Origin: Bacteroidota bacterium
GTDB taxonomy: Bacteria; Bacteroidota; Bacteroidia; Bacteroidales; UBA12077
Direction of reading: 5' to 3'
Length of the DNA stretch: 64,000 nucleotides
Assembly: GCA_034189025.1 (NCBI GenBank)
Contig: JAXHVS010000055.1
Location: forward strand, 18,278-82,277
Shown: piece after piece, positions 28,002 through 37,936 of the stretch
How positions within the stretch are numbered: the first letter of the stretch is position 1
Layout: each line of letters starts with the position of its first letter
Notes under the pieces: generated by a model
Database searches by the model: none
What the model was told of the DNA's origin: nothing
What the model saw: only the letters and a program-made list of their open reading frames with translations
Translations under genes and position numbers: made by a program

Positions 28002-28994
28002 ATGGGCGGTTCTAATTTTGTTGATTATGTAAAAATATTTTTTCGCTCGGGTAAAGGGGGAGCAGGCTCTCCTCATTTACACCGCGAAAAGTTTGTTCCT
28101 AAAGGTGGCCCTGATGGAGGCGATGGTGGCCGTGGCGGACACATTATTATTAAAGGAAATGCACAGTTATGGACCCTGTTACATTTAAAATATCAAAAAC
28201 ATATTTTTGCCACTAGTGGACAAGCCGGTGGCAGTGCCCAGCGAACCGGAGCTGATGGGAAAGATGTGATTGTCGAAGTTCCTTTGGGAACCATTGCTAA
28301 AGATGCTGAAACAGGTAAGGTAATCGCTGAAATTACCGAAGATCAAGAAGAACAAATATTACTCGAAGGCGGGCGAGGAGGTTTGGGAAATACTCATTTT
28401 AAATCTTCAACCAATCAAACACCAAGATATGCACAGCCGGGCGAGGATGGGAAAGAAGGATGGTTTATTCTGGAATTAAAAATATTGGCTGACGTAGGGT
28501 TAGTTGGATTTCCAAATGCAGGTAAATCTACATTGCTTTCTGTTGTATCGGCTGCAAAACCCAAAATTGCCGATTATCCGTTTACAACACTTGTGCCAAA
28601 CCTGGGAATAGTGCAATACCGCGACATGCAATCGTTTGTTATGGCCGATATTCCAGGGATAATCGAAGGGGCCCACGAAGGGAAAGGCCTTGGACACCGT
28701 TTCTTACGCCACATTGAAAGAAATGCTATGCTTCTTTTTTTGGTCCCTTGTGATAGTGATGATATTAACACTGAATATAAAACACTTCTTTCAGAAATTG
28801 AAAAATATAATTCTGAATTATTAGATAAAAAAAGGGTGCTGGCTATCACTAAATCCGATATGCTCGACGATGAGTTGATGCAAGAGATGAAGAAAGATTT
28901 ACCTCAAATACCTTGTCTTTTTATTTCTTCGGTAGCTCAAAAAGGAATTCAGGAATTAAAAGACTTGATTTGGAAAGAACTTCAAACCGGATAA
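28002..28994 (+). CDS. obg: GTPase Obg
   Basis: 330 aa with a glycine-rich Obg fold (GGDGGRGG), G1 GFPNAGKST and G3 DIPG. It starts directly after the adk stop. Confidence 0.96.
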   Translation: MGGSNFVDYVKIFFRSGKGGAGSPHLHREKFVPKGGPDGGDGGRGGHIIIKGNAQLWTLLHLKYQKHIFATSGQAGGSAQRTGADGKDVIVEVPLGTIAKDAETGKVIAEITEDQEEQILLEGGRGGLGNTHFKSSTNQTPRYAQPGEDGKEGWFILELKILADVGLVGFPNAGKSTLLSVVSAAKPKIADYPFTTLVPNLGIVQYRDMQSFVMADIPGIIEGAHEGKGLGHRFLRHIERNAMLLFLVPCDSDDINTEYKTLLSEIEKYNSELLDKKRVLAITKSDMLDDELMQEMKKDLPQIPCLFISSVAQKGIQELKDLIWKELQTG

Positions 28995-28998
28995 AAAG

Positions 28999-29574
28999 AT
29001 GCTCGAAATAATTAAAAGTTGGGATATACAGCTATTTGTTTTTCTTAACGGATTAAATTCTCCTTTTTGGGATCAGATCATGTGGTGGTTTTCCGGAAAG
29101 TTATTTTGGTTGCCAATGTATTTACTTATTATTGCATATATCATTTATAAGCATAGATGGAAAGCAATCATTCCATTACTGTTTATTGCTTTTGTAGTAA
29201 CTTTGGCCGACCAAATTTCAGTACATGCTTTTAAAGAGGTTTTTCAACGACTGCGCCCATGTCATAATCCTGAGTTAAAAGATATTGTTCATCTGGTAAA
29301 TAATAAATGTGGTGGAAAATACGGGTTTGTATCATCACATGCAGCTAATACATTTGCAGTAGCTTTTTTTCTAAAAATGCTCTTTGAACAAAAATATTTT
29401 TCAATATTTATAATTTTTTGGGCTGCAATTGTTTCCTATAGCCGCATATATCTAGGAGTTCATTATCCTCTTGATGTAATTGGCGGTGCTATTTTAGGAA
29501 CCTTAATTGGGATTCTGGTTTTTTTTCTATATCGATATACTTCAAAAAAATTATCAAACAATTTTAATTGCTGA
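28999..29574 (+). CDS. PAP2-family lipid phosphatase
   Basis: 191-aa membrane protein with PAP2 motifs KEVFQRLRP, SSHAAN and SRIYLGVHYPLDV. Confidence 0.88.
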   Translation: MLEIIKSWDIQLFVFLNGLNSPFWDQIMWWFSGKLFWLPMYLLIIAYIIYKHRWKAIIPLLFIAFVVTLADQISVHAFKEVFQRLRPCHNPELKDIVHLVNNKCGGKYGFVSSHAANTFAVAFFLKMLFEQKYFSIFIIFWAAIVSYSRIYLGVHYPLDVIGGAILGTLIGILVFFLYRYTSKKLSNNFNC

Positions 29575-29622
29575 TTGTTATTCTTCTTAATTCTTTTATT
29601 ATAAAATCAATAATAATTTTAT

Positions 29623-30597
29623 ATGCTTTGTATAAAAAATCCGGAAACTAATCCATATTTCAATCTGGCAGCCGAAGAATATGTCCTTAAAAATTTTAAA
29701 GAAAATTGTTTTATGCTTTGGCGTAATACACCTTCTATAATTGTTGGAAAACATCAGAATACACTGGCCGAAATTAATATTGATTATGTAAAAGAAGACA
29801 ACATTGATGTTGTAAGGAGGCTTTCCGGTGGAGGAGCTGTATTTCATGATTTGGGAAATTTAAACTTTACATTTATCAAAAATGTGAATAGCGAAGGTAA
29901 TTTGGTTGATTTTAAAAAATATACACAACCGGTAATTGATGTGTTGCAACAACTTGGAGTGGATGCAAAATTTGGAGGGCGCAACGATATTATGATCAAC
30001 GGACAAAAAGTATCTGGTAATGCCGAACATATTTTTAAACGAAGAGTACTACATCATGGAACATTATTATTTTCATCAGTAATGGCCGATTTATACAAAG
30101 CATTAAAAGTAAATCCATTAAAATATCAGGACAAAGGAGTAAAGTCCGTACGTAGCCGTGTAACCAATATTAGCGAACATTTGCCCGAAAAAATGTCTGT
30201 AATGGAGTTTCATGATAAAATTTTTGATTTTATGGTAAACTCAGAGGAAAATGCTGTATTATATGAATATTCAGATGAGGATATTGAAAAAATTAATCAA
30301 TTAGTCGAAAAAAAATATAATACCTGGGAGTGGAACTTTGGCTACTCTCCAAAATATAATTTTGAGAAACTTATCAGAACCAATGGAGGTAATTTAGAAA
30401 TACACATGAATGTAGATAGAGGAATAATATCTGATATAAAAATTTTTGGAGATTTTTTTGGCGAAAAAGATATTGAAAAATTACTAAAAAATAGTAAACA
30501 CCAGGAAGAGGAAATTTTTAAAGTTTTAGAAACAATTGATTTTCAAAAATATTTTCACAATATAACGATTCATGAATTTATTTCTTCTTTATTTTAA
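29623..30597 (+). CDS. lplA: lipoate--protein ligase
   Basis: 324 aa with RRLSGGGAVFHDLGN and KVSGNA blocks typical of LplA. Confidence 0.9.
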   Translation: MLCIKNPETNPYFNLAAEEYVLKNFKENCFMLWRNTPSIIVGKHQNTLAEINIDYVKEDNIDVVRRLSGGGAVFHDLGNLNFTFIKNVNSEGNLVDFKKYTQPVIDVLQQLGVDAKFGGRNDIMINGQKVSGNAEHIFKRRVLHHGTLLFSSVMADLYKALKVNPLKYQDKGVKSVRSRVTNISEHLPEKMSVMEFHDKIFDFMVNSEENAVLYEYSDEDIEKINQLVEKKYNTWEWNFGYSPKYNFEKLIRTNGGNLEIHMNVDRGIISDIKIFGDFFGEKDIEKLLKNSKHQEEEIFKVLETIDFQKYFHNITIHEFISSLF

Positions 30598-30756
30598 TTC
30601 TTTGCCTTTATAGATAATGTTTTTTTATTTCAACACAGGTTTATTTTAATTATTGTTGACTTGGGTTAATATTATTTGTATTTTTAATTGAAGATTTCTT
30701 CCACTCTCTTTGAAATTTTGATTCAAGATAATTAAAAACCAAAAAACCCCAGGATT

Positions 30757-32409
30757 ATGTATAAAAAGATTATTGTTTTATGCTTGCTATTGTTACCCAT
30801 ATTGTTTACTTCGTGTAAAAATAAAACCGAAAAACAGCAAACCCAAAAGCAGACAAAAATAGACAAATTATTAGCCAATTATGCTGATGTTAAGCTAACT
30901 GCTGATTTGAGCATTTTAAGCGAAAATCAGAAAAAAATGATTCCATTATTATTTGAAGCCGCTAAAATTATTGATGAATTATACTGGATTCAAACCTGTG
31001 GAAATAAAGAAAAATATTTAAAATCCATTCCCAACGAAAAATGCAAAGAATATTTTTATATCAACTATGGGCCATGGGACAGGCTTAATGGGATGAAACC
31101 TTTCATTGATGATGTAGGCACTAAACCGGATGGTGCCAATTTTTATCCTGTTGATATGACCTATCAGGAATTTGACACTTTTGATGATCTTAAGAAATTC
31201 GATTCATATACTCTTTTAAGGAGAAATGAAGTGGGTGGGTTAAAAACCGTTCCTTATCATGAAGCCTATAAAAATAAACTGGTAAAAATATCTGAGTTGA
31301 TGGAGCAAGCAGCTTCATTAGCCGAGGATAATGATTTTAAAAATTATCTTTTGGAAAGAGCTAAAGCACTATTAACAGATGATTATTATCAAAGTAATAT
31401 TGCATGGATGATGATGAAAGATAATATCCTTGATTTTATTGTTGGCCCTATTGAAGATATTGATGATCGACTTTACTTTTCTAAAGCGTCTTATCAATCA
31501 ATGTTGCTTGTTAAAGATGTTGAATCGAGTAAAAACATGGAAAAATATTCACTTCTAGTTCCATTTTTGCAGAAAAATTTGCCGGTTGATGAAAAATATA
31601 AAACTGAAATCCCTGGAGCCCTTTCGGATATTATGGTATATGATGTTATCTATTGCTCGGGTAATTGGAATGCAGGAAGTAAAAAAATAGCAATTACTTT
31701 ACCACGTGATGGTAGAGTTCAATTAGCAGTAGGAAGCCGTAAATTACAATTTAAAAATGTTATACAAGCAAAATTTGAAAAAATCTTAAAGCCTATTGCC
31801 CATTTGCTTATTGATAAAAATCAAAGAGAACATGTGAAATTTGATGCATTTTTTCAAAACACGATGTTTTATGAAGTGGGTAGTGCTTTAGGAATTAAAA
31901 ATATGGTTACACAGGAAGGTTCCGTCCGAGATGGGTTAAAGGAACATTTTAATGTTATTGAAGAGTGTAAAAATGATATTTTAAGTTTATTTTTTCTTAC
32001 TAAACTTCACGAAATGGGCGAACTGCCCGAAACAGACCTTATGGATAATTATGTTACCTATATGGCTGATATTTTTCGTTCAGTACGATTTGGGATTTCT
32101 AATGATCAGGGTGTAGCTAATATGATTAGATTTTATTATTTTGAAGAAAAAGGAGCTTTTACAAGAAATAAGAAATTTGGTACCTATACAATTGATTTTG
32201 AAAAAATGCAAGATGCAATGCTTCAACTTGCCGAAGAAATTTTATTGATACAAGGAAACGGAGATTATGAAAAGGCGAAAAGAATGGTTGAGGAAAAGGG
32301 GTATATACGTGACGAGCTATTAGAGGATCTATACAGAATTCAGAAAGAGCAAATCCCTAAAGATATTGTATTTAAACAAGGGTTAGATGTCCTTGGGTTA
32401 GAGAAATAA
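30757..32409 (+). CDS. M49 (DPP3)-like lipoprotein lacking the HExxH zinc motif
   Basis: 550 aa with lipobox LFTSC. The EECKND block corresponds to the second M49 motif (EECKAD-type). The position expected for HExxH reads YEVGS, and there is no HExxH or HExxxH anywhere in the ORF. Confidence 0.75.
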   Translation: MYKKIIVLCLLLLPILFTSCKNKTEKQQTQKQTKIDKLLANYADVKLTADLSILSENQKKMIPLLFEAAKIIDELYWIQTCGNKEKYLKSIPNEKCKEYFYINYGPWDRLNGMKPFIDDVGTKPDGANFYPVDMTYQEFDTFDDLKKFDSYTLLRRNEVGGLKTVPYHEAYKNKLVKISELMEQAASLAEDNDFKNYLLERAKALLTDDYYQSNIAWMMMKDNILDFIVGPIEDIDDRLYFSKASYQSMLLVKDVESSKNMEKYSLLVPFLQKNLPVDEKYKTEIPGALSDIMVYDVIYCSGNWNAGSKKIAITLPRDGRVQLAVGSRKLQFKNVIQAKFEKILKPIAHLLIDKNQREHVKFDAFFQNTMFYEVGSALGIKNMVTQEGSVRDGLKEHFNVIEECKNDILSLFFLTKLHEMGELPETDLMDNYVTYMADIFRSVRFGISNDQGVANMIRFYYFEEKGAFTRNKKFGTYTIDFEKMQDAMLQLAEEILLIQGNGDYEKAKRMVEEKGYIRDELLEDLYRIQKEQIPKDIVFKQGLDVLGLEK

Positions 32410-32445
32410 AATTTAAAAGAGGGTGTTCGAAAAGTGTTTTTAGTT

Positions 32446-32543
32446 GTCATATTTCGATAAGCCTGCCCGTCCGGCAGGCGGGCTTAATATGACAATGAGT
32501 TAATAACCAGTATGTCACACTGAACCTGGTGAAGTGTATGCAT
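32446..32543. repeat. pair of intergenic hairpins, one GC-rich and one CACTGAA..GTGAAGTG module
   Basis: Hairpin A: GTCATATT (32446-32453) / AATATGAC (32486-32493) encloses GCCTGCC-cgtcc-GGCAGGC. Hairpin B: ACACT (32517-32521) / AGTGT (32533-32537). The CACTGAA...GTGAAGTG words also occur at 9456-9476. Confidence 0.55.
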
Positions 32544-32572
32544 TAAAAAAATACTTTTTGGACAGTTTCTTT

Positions 32573-33145
32573 TTATTCTTTTTGTTTTTCTTCTTCTTCT
32601 TTAGGTAATGGTTCATAACCATAGGCAATACCTTCTATATAATAGGTAGGAGCTTCTCCAAAACCACCCACAGATTCTTCTTTTGTTATAAGTACAATTA
32701 ATCCGCCTAAATTAGCAGCTTTCTTTTGAATACGTATCGTTGCACTTTTTTTAGCTGATTTTGCATTCCGGCTTCCTGCCGACGAGCGGGCATCAACTTT
32801 GCCTCGTTCGTATAAGCCACTAACATCATCTTTGTTATCGGTAACAATTACGGTTTTCCAGCTACCTTCATCAACCATCATAAAAACAGGTTTATTAAAT
32901 ACCTCTATCCGACCATTACTGAATATGATCTTTTGTATATTCTTTCTTTCCAATACAATTGTTTCATCAGATTCTTGTTCTTTATAACGGACCGTAGCTG
33001 CAGAGATATTTTTTATTTCAACAATTTTTTTCCTTCCACCTAAAAGATAAATGGTATCTAACTTAGTGGTTTCATCCTCCTGAGAAAATGAAGGAAGACT
33101 AATAAATGCTATAAAAAATATGATAAAGAAGGTTCGTATTTTCAT
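32573..33145 (-). CDS. secreted protein of unknown function, paralogue of 11913..12527
   Basis: 190 aa with signal peptide MKIRTFFIIFFIAFISLPSFSQ. It shares the block structure of the 204-aa ORF and has a C-terminal acidic/lysine tail. Confidence 0.8.
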   Translation of the reverse strand: MKIRTFFIIFFIAFISLPSFSQEDETTKLDTIYLLGGRKKIVEIKNISAATVRYKEQESDETIVLERKNIQKIIFSNGRIEVFNKPVFMMVDEGSWKTVIVTDNKDDVSGLYERGKVDARSSAGSRNAKSAKKSATIRIQKKAANLGGLIVLITKEESVGGFGEAPTYYIEGIAYGYEPLPKEEEEKQKE

Positions 33146-33303
33146 AATTAATATTGTTTTTTATGCTTAAAAGAGCATGTGAAATTAATAAGTTATCATT
33201 GAATAATCAAAAAATATACCATTTTTACTATTCATTTATTTTTATAACAAATAATGCCAGTATGTTTCTATTATTTATTTTATTAAAAACAATTTTTAAA
33301 ATG

Positions 33304-33311
33304 TATTTTTG
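33304..33311 (+). promoter_or_regulatory. candidate -7 promoter box (TATTTTTG) for plsC
   Basis: Matches TAnnTTTG, 34 nt upstream of the ATG at 33345. It overlaps the ORF-track TTG start at 33309. Confidence 0.4.
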
Positions 33312-33344
33312 AGGAATAACAAAAACGAACCTGTTGAGAAAATA

Positions 33345-34070
33345 ATGATTCAAAAAGTTTTTTATTCTGTTTATATTTGGATTATCATATTATTAACGGT
33401 AATCTTCCTTTCACCATTATTTATAGCTATTTGGTTAATTACTTTTTGGTTCGATAAGCGGCTTTATGTTCTGAATTATTTTTCAATCTTTTGGGGAAGT
33501 TTATATACCAAACTAATACCTTGGTGGGATGTTCGTGTTGTTGGCAAAGAAAAGATTAAAAAAGATACAACCTATATTATTATTGCCAATCATCAATCAA
33601 TAGAGGATGTTATTGTTATGTATCGATTAGGTATCCCTTTTCGATGGGTTTCTAAGGCAGAGGTTTTTAAAATTCCGGTTTTTGGTTGGCTTATGCATTT
33701 AAAAGGCGATATAAAATTGTTAAGAACAAGTAAAGCCAGCATAAAAAAGATGATCATCGATGGAGAAAAAGTTTTACGATTAGGCTGTAATATGATAATT
33801 TTTCCGGAAGGAACACGTTCTAAAGATGGCCGGTTGGGAAATTTTAAAGAAGGAGCATTCCGGTTAGCCCAAAAAACAAAACGTTCTGTTTTACCAGTTA
33901 TTATTTCAGGAACAGTTCCCGATATTTTAAATCGTTATGGTTTGTTCTATGGTAAACATAAAGTAACCCTTAAGGTATTAGACGAAATTCCTTACGATAA
34001 ATTTTGTGATTTAGAAGTAAAAGATTTTGCTCGAAAAACACGCGACATTTTTGAAAAAGAACGAATATAA
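33345..34070 (+). CDS. plsC: 1-acyl-sn-glycerol-3-phosphate acyltransferase
   Basis: HX4D motif NHQSIEDV and FPEGTRS block, with an N-terminal TM helix. I moved the start to the first ATG (MIQKVF...). Confidence 0.87.
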   Translation: MIQKVFYSVYIWIIILLTVIFLSPLFIAIWLITFWFDKRLYVLNYFSIFWGSLYTKLIPWWDVRVVGKEKIKKDTTYIIIANHQSIEDVIVMYRLGIPFRWVSKAEVFKIPVFGWLMHLKGDIKLLRTSKASIKKMIIDGEKVLRLGCNMIIFPEGTRSKDGRLGNFKEGAFRLAQKTKRSVLPVIISGTVPDILNRYGLFYGKHKVTLKVLDEIPYDKFCDLEVKDFARKTRDIFEKERI

Positions 34071-34086
34071 AATAGAAAGATAAACA

Positions 34087-35892
34087 ATGCCGAATTCGGG
34101 TATAAAAAAATTTTATAAAGAGAGAATTAACGATTTTCAAAAAAAAGAGTCCAGCATTAAACAAAAAATTTTATGGCTTGGATTACTCCGTTTTGTTTCT
34201 TTTCTTTTGTTTATTGTTGGAATCGTTTTTACCATAAAAGACTTTTCGTGTATTAGGTTAATTTTAACTCTTACCTGGCTTGTTTTATTTATTGGTTTTG
34301 TTGTACTTCATCTTGCTCAGAATCAGAAATTAAAGTTAGTACAGAGTTTTATCCAAATAAATAAGCAAGAGCTTAAAGCATTAAATTACGATTTTGCAGA
34401 ATTTAACGATGGAGAGGAATTTATTCATCGTGATCATCCCTATGCTTATGATTTGGATTTATTTGGTAAAGGTTCTCTTTTTCAATGTTTAAATCGGACA
34501 TTTACACAGGCAGGGAGAATCTTTTTAGCCGATAGGCTTTTAAATCCATTATTTAACAAACAAAAAATTGAATATACACAACAAGCCATTCAAGAGCTAT
34601 CCGAAAAAATTGATTGGCGTCAACATTTACAAGCTACCGGTAAGTTAGTAAACATTTCACCCGATGATAACCAAAAAATTAAATTATGGGTTAAAGCACC
34701 TGCCAATTTCATCAATAAATGGTATTATAAACTGATTGTTTGGGGCTTGCCATTATTAACTATCTCTTCATTATTCTTGTTAATTTTTGGGTGGTTACAT
34801 TATTCGGTATTTGTTTTTTTGGCTTTGTGCCAGTTGTTTTTTGCCAGCCTTATTATGCGGCGAACAAATAAAGAACAGCGAATAATATCTGAAGAAATAG
34901 GCATATTAAAAAATTACCACCAATTGATTCAAATCATTGAAAATTCTTTATTTCATAGTTTTGAGCTCAATCAGCTTAAAAAAGAATTTTATGTTAATAA
35001 TAAACAAACGGCGAGTATTATTTTAAAAAAATTAATACGCATTATTGATGCGTTTGATTCGCGTTTAAATATAATTGTAGGTTTAATATTAAATGCCACG
35101 TTAATGTGGGATTTGTTATCGTTAATGCGATTAGAAAAATGGAAAAAACAGTATGGAGGCAATATTTCGCTGTGGATTAAAAGTATTGCACAGTTAGATG
35201 CTTTTTGCAGTATGGCAAATTTTAGATTTAATTATCCGGATTATATTTTTCCTCAAGTTGTAAACCAACTTGTTATAGATGCTAAGGAAGTCGGGCACCC
35301 ACTAATTTTTCCCAATAAAAGAGTAAATAATGATTTTAGAATCGATAAACCAGGACAAATAAATATAATTACCGGAGCTAATATGGCAGGGAAAAGTACT
35401 TTCCTGAGAACTATTGGTGTTAATTTAATTCTGGCTATGAATGGCATGCCGGTTTGCGCAAAACAGTTTGATTTTAGGTTAATGCATCTTTATTCAGGAA
35501 TGCGTACATCTGATTCGTTAAAAGAAAACGAGTCCTATTTTTATGCCGAATTAAGAAGGTTAAAACAAATAATTGATGAATTAAAATCCGGAAAAGAGCT
35601 ATTTATCCTTTTGGATGAAATATTAAAAGGAACAAATTCTGTTGATAAGGCTAAAGGGGCGTGGAAATTTGTAGAACATTTAATTAAGCTTAATGCAACA
35701 GGTGTGATTGCTACTCACGATTTAACATTGTGTGAGTTGGAAAATCAATATTCCGCAAGAATAAAAAATCAATGTTTTGAAGTAGAAATTAGCAGACAAA
35801 AAATTTTCTTTGATTATAAATTACGTAATGGAATAACCAAAAATATGAATGCTTCGGTATTAATGAAACAGATGGGTATTTTCCCCTGTTAA
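34087..35892 (+). CDS. membrane-anchored MutS-family ATPase (MutS domain V only)
   Basis: 601 aa with four predicted TM helices (about aa 28-77 and 213-257). MutS ATPase motifs are present: Walker A GANMAGKST, then STF, DEILKGTN and THD. I recognise no mismatch-binding or Smr domain. Confidence 0.85.
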   Translation: MPNSGIKKFYKERINDFQKKESSIKQKILWLGLLRFVSFLLFIVGIVFTIKDFSCIRLILTLTWLVLFIGFVVLHLAQNQKLKLVQSFIQINKQELKALNYDFAEFNDGEEFIHRDHPYAYDLDLFGKGSLFQCLNRTFTQAGRIFLADRLLNPLFNKQKIEYTQQAIQELSEKIDWRQHLQATGKLVNISPDDNQKIKLWVKAPANFINKWYYKLIVWGLPLLTISSLFLLIFGWLHYSVFVFLALCQLFFASLIMRRTNKEQRIISEEIGILKNYHQLIQIIENSLFHSFELNQLKKEFYVNNKQTASIILKKLIRIIDAFDSRLNIIVGLILNATLMWDLLSLMRLEKWKKQYGGNISLWIKSIAQLDAFCSMANFRFNYPDYIFPQVVNQLVIDAKEVGHPLIFPNKRVNNDFRIDKPGQINIITGANMAGKSTFLRTIGVNLILAMNGMPVCAKQFDFRLMHLYSGMRTSDSLKENESYFYAELRRLKQIIDELKSGKELFILLDEILKGTNSVDKAKGAWKFVEHLIKLNATGVIATHDLTLCELENQYSARIKNQCFEVEISRQKIFFDYKLRNGITKNMNASVLMKQMGIFPC

Positions 35893-36046
35893 TAACTTTT
35901 CAACAACACGGTACTTCATAATATAATTGGTTTTTATTTATTTTGCATCATTTAACCATTTATTAACAGTTTACTACAGAAACTTGTTGATAAACAATTT
36001 TATCAGTGAATTTTCTTTTGGTTATATTTACGAAAATTTAGCAGAA

Positions 36047-37882
36047 ATGACGGCAAATTATACAGAAGATAGCATTCGTACGCTCGAGTGGAAGGAACAT
36101 ATCCGGAAACGTCCCGGAATGTATATTGGTAAATTAGGCGATGGCTCATCTCCTGATGATGGAATATATGTATTACTCAAAGAAGTAATGGATAACTCTG
36201 TCGATGAGTTTATGATGGGATTTGGGAAAACAATTGATATTGAAGTTACCGACAATAGTGTAAAAATTAGAGATTATGGCCGCGGAATACCTTTAGGAAA
36301 ATTATTGGATGTATCATCAAAAATGAATACCGGAGCCAAATACGATTCAAAAGTTTTTAAAAAATCTGTCGGATTAAACGGAGTAGGGATTAAAGCGGTA
36401 AATGCCCTTTCCGAAAATTTTCGTATCGAGGCTTATCGTGAAGGCGAAAGAAAACAGATTGAATTTGAAAAAGGAAATGTAGTTTTAGATGCTCAGGTTC
36501 AGCCAACAAAAGAGAAAAACGGCACCATGGTTTCTTTTGAACCCGATAAAGCCCTTTTTGGGAATTATCACTACATGAAAGAGTATGTAGAATCTATGGT
36601 GAGAAATTATGTTTATCTCAACTCCGGATTGGTGATTCGACTGAATGGCGAAAAGTTTTATTCTGAAAATGGATTGCGCGATTTATTGGAAGAGAATATG
36701 AGCTCCGATGGAATTTATCCGATTATTCATCTAAAAGAAGATGATATTGAAATTGCAATAACCCATGGGAATCAATATGGAGAAGAATATTACAGCTTTG
36801 TAAACGGCCAACATACTACACAAGGAGGAACACATTTAGCCGCTTTTCGTGAGGCCTATGTTAAAACTATTCGCGATTATTACCGAAAAGATTTTGAACC
36901 TTCTGATATACGAATGTCAATTGTTGCAGCTATTAGTCTTAAAGTAGAAGAACCGGTTTTCGAATCGCAAACAAAAACAAAACTCGGGTCAAAAAATATT
37001 TCTCCTAACGGAGTATCTATCCGTAATTTTATAAGCGATTTTTTAAAAAATGAGTTAGACAACTATCTGCACAGAAATCAAGAAATAGCAGATACCCTGT
37101 TAAAAAAAATTCACGAATCGGAGAAAGAACGAAAAGCTATTTCTGGTATTAAAAAATTGGCAAAACAACGAGCCAAAAAAGCCAGTTTACATAACCGCAA
37201 ACTTCGCGATTGCAGAGTTCATTATAACTCAAACGATGAGCGAAAAAACGATACCATGATTTTTATTACCGAGGGAGACTCCGCGAGTGGGTCTATTACT
37301 AAGTCGCGCGATGTAAATACACAAGCAGTTTTTAGCTTAAAAGGCAAGCCTTTAAACACCTATGGATTAACAAAAAAAATTGTTTACGAAAACGAAGAGT
37401 TTAATTTATTGCAAGCTGCCTTAAATATTGAAGAAGGGATTGAAAATTTACGATACAAAAGTGTTATTGTGGCTACCGATGCTGATGTTGACGGAATGCA
37501 TATCCGGTTGTTATTATTAACATTCTTTTTACAATTTTTCCCTGACCTGATTAAAAATGGCCATTTATTTATTCTTCAAACACCTTTATTTAGGGTAAGA
37601 AATAAAAAGGAAACATTTTACTGTTATAGCGAAGAAGAAAAAGACCAGGCTATTAAAAAATTAAAAAACAGCCCGGAAATAACCCGGTTTAAAGGGTTGG
37701 GAGAAATATCTCCCGATGAGTTTAAACATTTTATCGGAAAAGATATTCGACTCGATCCTGTAAGGCTTCGCCGCGAAGATGCCATAAATGAACTGCTGGA
37801 ATTTTATATGGGTAAAAATACACCCGAAAGACAGGATTTTATTGTTGATAATCTTAATATTGATGTAATAGAAGAACGATAA
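36047..37882 (+). CDS. parE: DNA topoisomerase IV subunit B
   Basis: GHKL ATPase ([17 protein letters not shown]-equivalent [12 protein letters not shown]) and Toprim ([13 protein letters not shown]). I moved the start to [10 protein letters not shown] (ATG 36047). It is adjacent to parC. Confidence 0.9.
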   Translation: MTANYTEDSIRTLEWKEHIRKRPGMYIGKLGDGSSPDDGIYVLLKEVMDNSVDEFMMGFGKTIDIEVTDNSVKIRDYGRGIPLGKLLDVSSKMNTGAKYDSKVFKKSVGLNGVGIKAVNALSENFRIEAYREGERKQIEFEKGNVVLDAQVQPTKEKNGTMVSFEPDKALFGNYHYMKEYVESMVRNYVYLNSGLVIRLNGEKFYSENGLRDLLEENMSSDGIYPIIHLKEDDIEIAITHGNQYGEEYYSFVNGQHTTQGGTHLAAFREAYVKTIRDYYRKDFEPSDIRMSIVAAISLKVEEPVFESQTKTKLGSKNISPNGVSIRNFISDFLKNELDNYLHRNQEIADTLLKKIHESEKERKAISGIKKLAKQRAKKASLHNRKLRDCRVHYNSNDERKNDTMIFITEGDSASGSITKSRDVNTQAVFSLKGKPLNTYGLTKKIVYENEEFNLLQAALNIEEGIENLRYKSVIVATDADVDGMHIRLLLLTFFLQFFPDLIKNGHLFILQTPLFRVRNKKETFYCYSEEEKDQAIKKLKNSPEITRFKGLGEISPDEFKHFIGKDIRLDPVRLRREDAINELLEFYMGKNTPERQDFIVDNLNIDVIEER

Positions 37883-37936
37883 CCTGAATCGTAACAGATA
37901 GATGAAAAAAATATTTTAAATATTGAGGATACAGGA

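Noticed and set aside
19838-30597. Co-occurrence of the lipA-lipB (de novo) and lplA (salvage) lipoylation routes within 10 kb, as a possible unusual cluster.
   Set aside because: Both routes commonly coexist in bacteria. The genes here are separated by unrelated operons, so nothing needs explaining.
35927-36046. A 40-codon N-terminal extension of parE from a TTG start ([13 protein letters not shown]...).
   Set aside because: The extension is low-complexity and unlike any topoisomerase N-terminus. The conserved GHKL N-terminus begins right after the ATG at 36047.
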